64,000 nucleotides of DNA from Isurus oxyrinchus. Its lineage: Eukaryota. Both the position numbers and the translations under genes were made by a program. Position 1 is the first letter of the stretch; every line of letters starts with the position of its first letter. Positions 60,861 through 64,000 of the stretch are shown piece after piece. The notes beneath the pieces are model-generated. The model ran no database searches, was not told the DNA's origin, and worked only from the letters and a program-made list of their open reading frames with translations. The stretch is from the NCBI GenBank assembly GCA_026770705.1, contig JANJGN010000011.1, positions 21,452,001-21,516,000 of the forward strand, given 5' to 3'.

Positions 60861-61262
60861 ACTCCCTCCTCCATCCCCACCCCCTTTCTGTTTCTTCCCC
60901 CTTCCTTTTGTTTTTTCCAATAAATTATATAGATTTTCTTTTCCCATCTTTTTGAATTATTTTAAAATATTTTTAAATCTTTTATGCTCCCCCCACCCCC
61001 ACTAGAGCTATACCTTGAGTGCCCTACCATCCATTCTTAATTAGCACATTCGTTTAGATAATATCACCACCATCAACACCTATGTGTTCTTTTGTTCTGT
61101 TGTCTGTGACATCTTTTGATGATCTGCTTCTATTACTGCTTGCTTGTCCCTACAACCACACCACCCCCCTCCACTTCTCTCCCCCCACACAACTCCCCCC
61201 CCCTCCTCCCCACACACACACCTTAAACCAGCTTACATTTCACCCCTTCCTTGGATTCACCT

Positions 61263-61301
61263 AGTTCTGTTGAAGGGTCATGAGGACTCGAAACGTCAAC
61301 T
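61263..61301 (+). ncRNA. Minimal type I hammerhead ribozyme-like motif
   Basis: Stem I AGTT/AACT, core CTGTTGA, stem II GGGTC/GACTC, GAAA, palindromic ACGT and a GTC cleavage triplet. Confidence 0.65.
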
Positions 61302-61378
61302 CTTTTCTTCTCCGCCGAATTTTCAAGCATTGTTTGACGTTTAAATCAAGCAGCTTGACTCTGATTGGTCAAGGAATT

Positions 61379-64000
61379 GGGCAGAATCATCCCAGATTTG
61401 CACTAAGTGCGGTAGCGGATGGGTAAAATGACATATTCCCCACCAGCCACAATGGCGGCTTTTTATGCCGCACTGTCCCAAATCCAAGGCATTAATTATG
61501 CATTCCCAGGAAACACGTAATTTCCATGGCGGGGGGGAATCTCATCTCACTGCTTCCTCACGCCTGGTGCTATATTTAAAGTGCAGCCGAGCACACACCT
61601 CTGTGCTTCCGGCCCACAACTGCTGCAAGAAGACTGCAGCCCCCCAGGTTAAATGACATGTCCCATGAGCACATTTCGGATGCCGTGGAGTCCCTACCTC
61701 TTGCTCTGGCTGCAGGATCGGCAGTGACCTGACTAATCTGGCTCCTCATCACTCTCAACTCATACGCTCACAAACCCATCACACATTCACAGGGCCCTCA
61801 CTCACTGCCAGTTCAAGGGACATCACCATTAGCAGTCTCACACTCACCATCACTGTCCTCACCAGTTCATCGGAGCATTCACCACCCACACATGCCACCT
61901 GGCCTGGCAGGCATTCTGCTGACACTCTCTTCATCTCTGTTTATATAGGAACAAAAGTGCCATAGGCACAGAACAAAAGGGAGAGGTAGCTTACCGCTGG
62001 AGGAATGCCTGAAATCAAGGTCCTCATGGAGTTTGAAAACAAAGCCACCCAGCTGGCTGGCGAAGATCTGGCCTGTTTCTGTGCTGACGGTGAGGTCAGC
62101 GCTGTTCTACCAAGTGAGGATCCAGCAGTGCAACATCTAGCAGACAACCATGCTGTGAGTGATATGTCCTGATTGACAGGCCACTGCCATGCACTGATCA
62201 TCTCCCCTTGCTTTCACAGGCACATCTGGGAAACAGCCAACATAATCCATGACCCAGGGCCTCCAATCAGGCCAGAAGAAACCTCTGAAGAGGAATCTGA
62301 AGGCACCTTCCTTGAAGTCCCATCACAGTGCTCACCCACACCTTCCACCAGTGCAGAGACACACACCTCGGTGGGACCTAGCTTTAGAATAGCCTCGGGA
62401 TCGCAATCGGGTGAGCATATCGCACTTTCTAGTCCACATTAGGCAGTGGCAGGGACTTGCCAGGTATACTGCACTTAGAAGACTGCTGATGGCCAGAATG
62501 TTGCTGAGTTCGAGTCAGATGACCAGCCTCTGGACTCGGCCATGTCACAGTTGCTGGAGCTGCAAAGGCAAGCTCGGGAACATCAGGAAGGATGTCCGCT
62601 GCACTCCTCAGATTGCAAGGCAGGATGGAGGAGTCTGTCCGCCTTCAAGTTGAAGTGATAGTGCTGGCATTGCAACGCACTGAGGTCATCACTAGTAGGA
62701 TGGTGGCCGCCATGGAGATCTTGGTCCAGGAAGTTGCTCCTGCACTGCTGCACGGGCTGAACTCCATCGCTGACGCCATAGTTGGCTTCCAGCACTGTGT
62801 ACATGAGAGGGGTATGGGACAGCCTGATCTCACTCCAGCTTCCCCTTCTCCTCAAGGGGTCAACCAGGAGCCCTTGGGCACCAATAGGGAGGAGGATCAG
62901 CAGGTGCACACCCTGGGGCCATCCACTGGGAGTGTCCAGCCCATCCAAATCCACTCTTCCCGTGACCCCAGCAGCTCCAGCTCAACAGCTCCAGGAGGGT
63001 GCCACTGCCACACGGCAGGTCCCTGAAAGCCAGCTGGAGCCCTCCAGGTCTCTGCCCTCCAGAGGACACCCATCAAGGTCATCAAAGATAGGGTGTAGCA
63101 GTCAGCAGGCTGCCTCCACCTCCACTATGGATGTCCAGGGACTGCCAAGACAAAGTGGCAGTGTTAGGAAGGTTAAAAAGATGTAGTTGCACAGCCTGGA
63201 CTTAGGTATTTGTCTCTTGTACATAATGTTCACTATTGTCAATAAACTCCTAAGAATGTCACCCTGCCTGTGGCTCCTTGTTCTGATGAGCAGTATTCGT
63301 GTCACTCAGATTTGAAACCTTTCTGCACAAGATAAAGACAGGTGTGACCCTCTTCCCTGTGCTTTGTGCAGCCTTCAGACCAAAGTGATGGTCCGGCCTC
63401 ACACTCCCTGGGGACATTACTGATGCCTGCACCTCACTGGTGCTTGTCATTGCTGCCAGAATGTCATAGGCAGGCATCACAGAGTTCTCTCATTCTCTCT
63501 GTGTGCTCTCAGCACCTTTAAGGTGGGGCTGGCCCTCATCTCATCAGCATCTGTGCCCAGTGATGCTGTGCTCCTTAAGGGGATCAGGCACTGACAGCTG
63601 ACAAAGGATCAGATGCATTTAAAATTTCATGGCTGTGTCTCTGATCACAGAGCGCAAGTGAGCTGCCCTTGGCCAGACAGGAGTCAGACATTCTCAGAGG
63701 CTATGTGAAGATCTATGGAGTGACTTCACTGCATGTCGTCATCATCCTCCTGTAATTGAGCGACTATTAGGGCCTCCACTGCATCCCCATGACAGGAGCA
63801 TTATCACAGAGGGTAGTCGTGCTGCCATAAGCCAGACTGGAATCAGACGTTCATAGATGCAATGTGAGAATCCTATGGTGTCTCTTCACTACATGTCATC
63901 ATCATCTTCCACAAATCTAGCAGCTATGAGGGTCTCCCATGCGCGCCTGCATCGTCTAGTCAGTGCGAGGGCCCATTGCTGTCATTGTTGCCTTCGAGGA
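61379..64000. mobile_element. Second copy of the Harbinger family at 40405-44368 (runs off the window)
   Basis: Same left end gggcagaatcatcccagatttg. Colinear Myb-gene exons (GGMPEIKVLMEFENKA, LLELQRQAREHQEGMSAALLRLQ) and downstream region. Confidence 0.85.

Larger units (their letters stand above)
58957..61317 (+). mobile_element. Penelope-like element, 5'-truncated with inverted terminal repeat
   Basis: About 59040-59415 is the reverse complement of about 60935-61317, and the left arm carries an extra tail. Probable 14-bp TSD aatttctaagcatt / aattttcaagcatt (2 mismatches). Confidence 0.9.

Overview
This is vertebrate genomic DNA, not prokaryotic. The repeat inventory suggests a cartilaginous fish (shark); that is inference from recalled repeat families, not a database hit. 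Nearly all ORF-track entries are spurious or transposon fragments. The window lies inside the OCA2 (melanosomal P protein) gene on the + strand. Three phase-compatible coding exons are visible: 17195-17377, 25963-26020 and 30995-31067. The last is followed by a U12-type donor (GTATCCTTT), and I found no next exon in the remaining 33 kb. The introns are packed with decayed elements: L2, CR1, RTE, a full-span Tx1 LINE, two Ty3/Gypsy proviruses plus a solo LTR, Penelope-like elements with minimal hammerhead motifs, PIF/Harbinger elements and MITEs, and SINEs. Four observations stand out. (1) The Tx1 LINE begins with a U1 snRNA 5'-end sequence, which reads as a near-ideal 5' splice site in the OCA2 pre-mRNA. 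(2) A 10-unit concatemer of a tRNA-Thr-like SINE has five units truncated at the same nucleotide and internal spacers that copy the flank. (3) A Penelope insertion has a fold-back junction and variant hammerheads. (4) There is a perfect 45-bp inverted repeat. All family and gene comparisons are from memory, and coordinates of decayed repeats are approximate.
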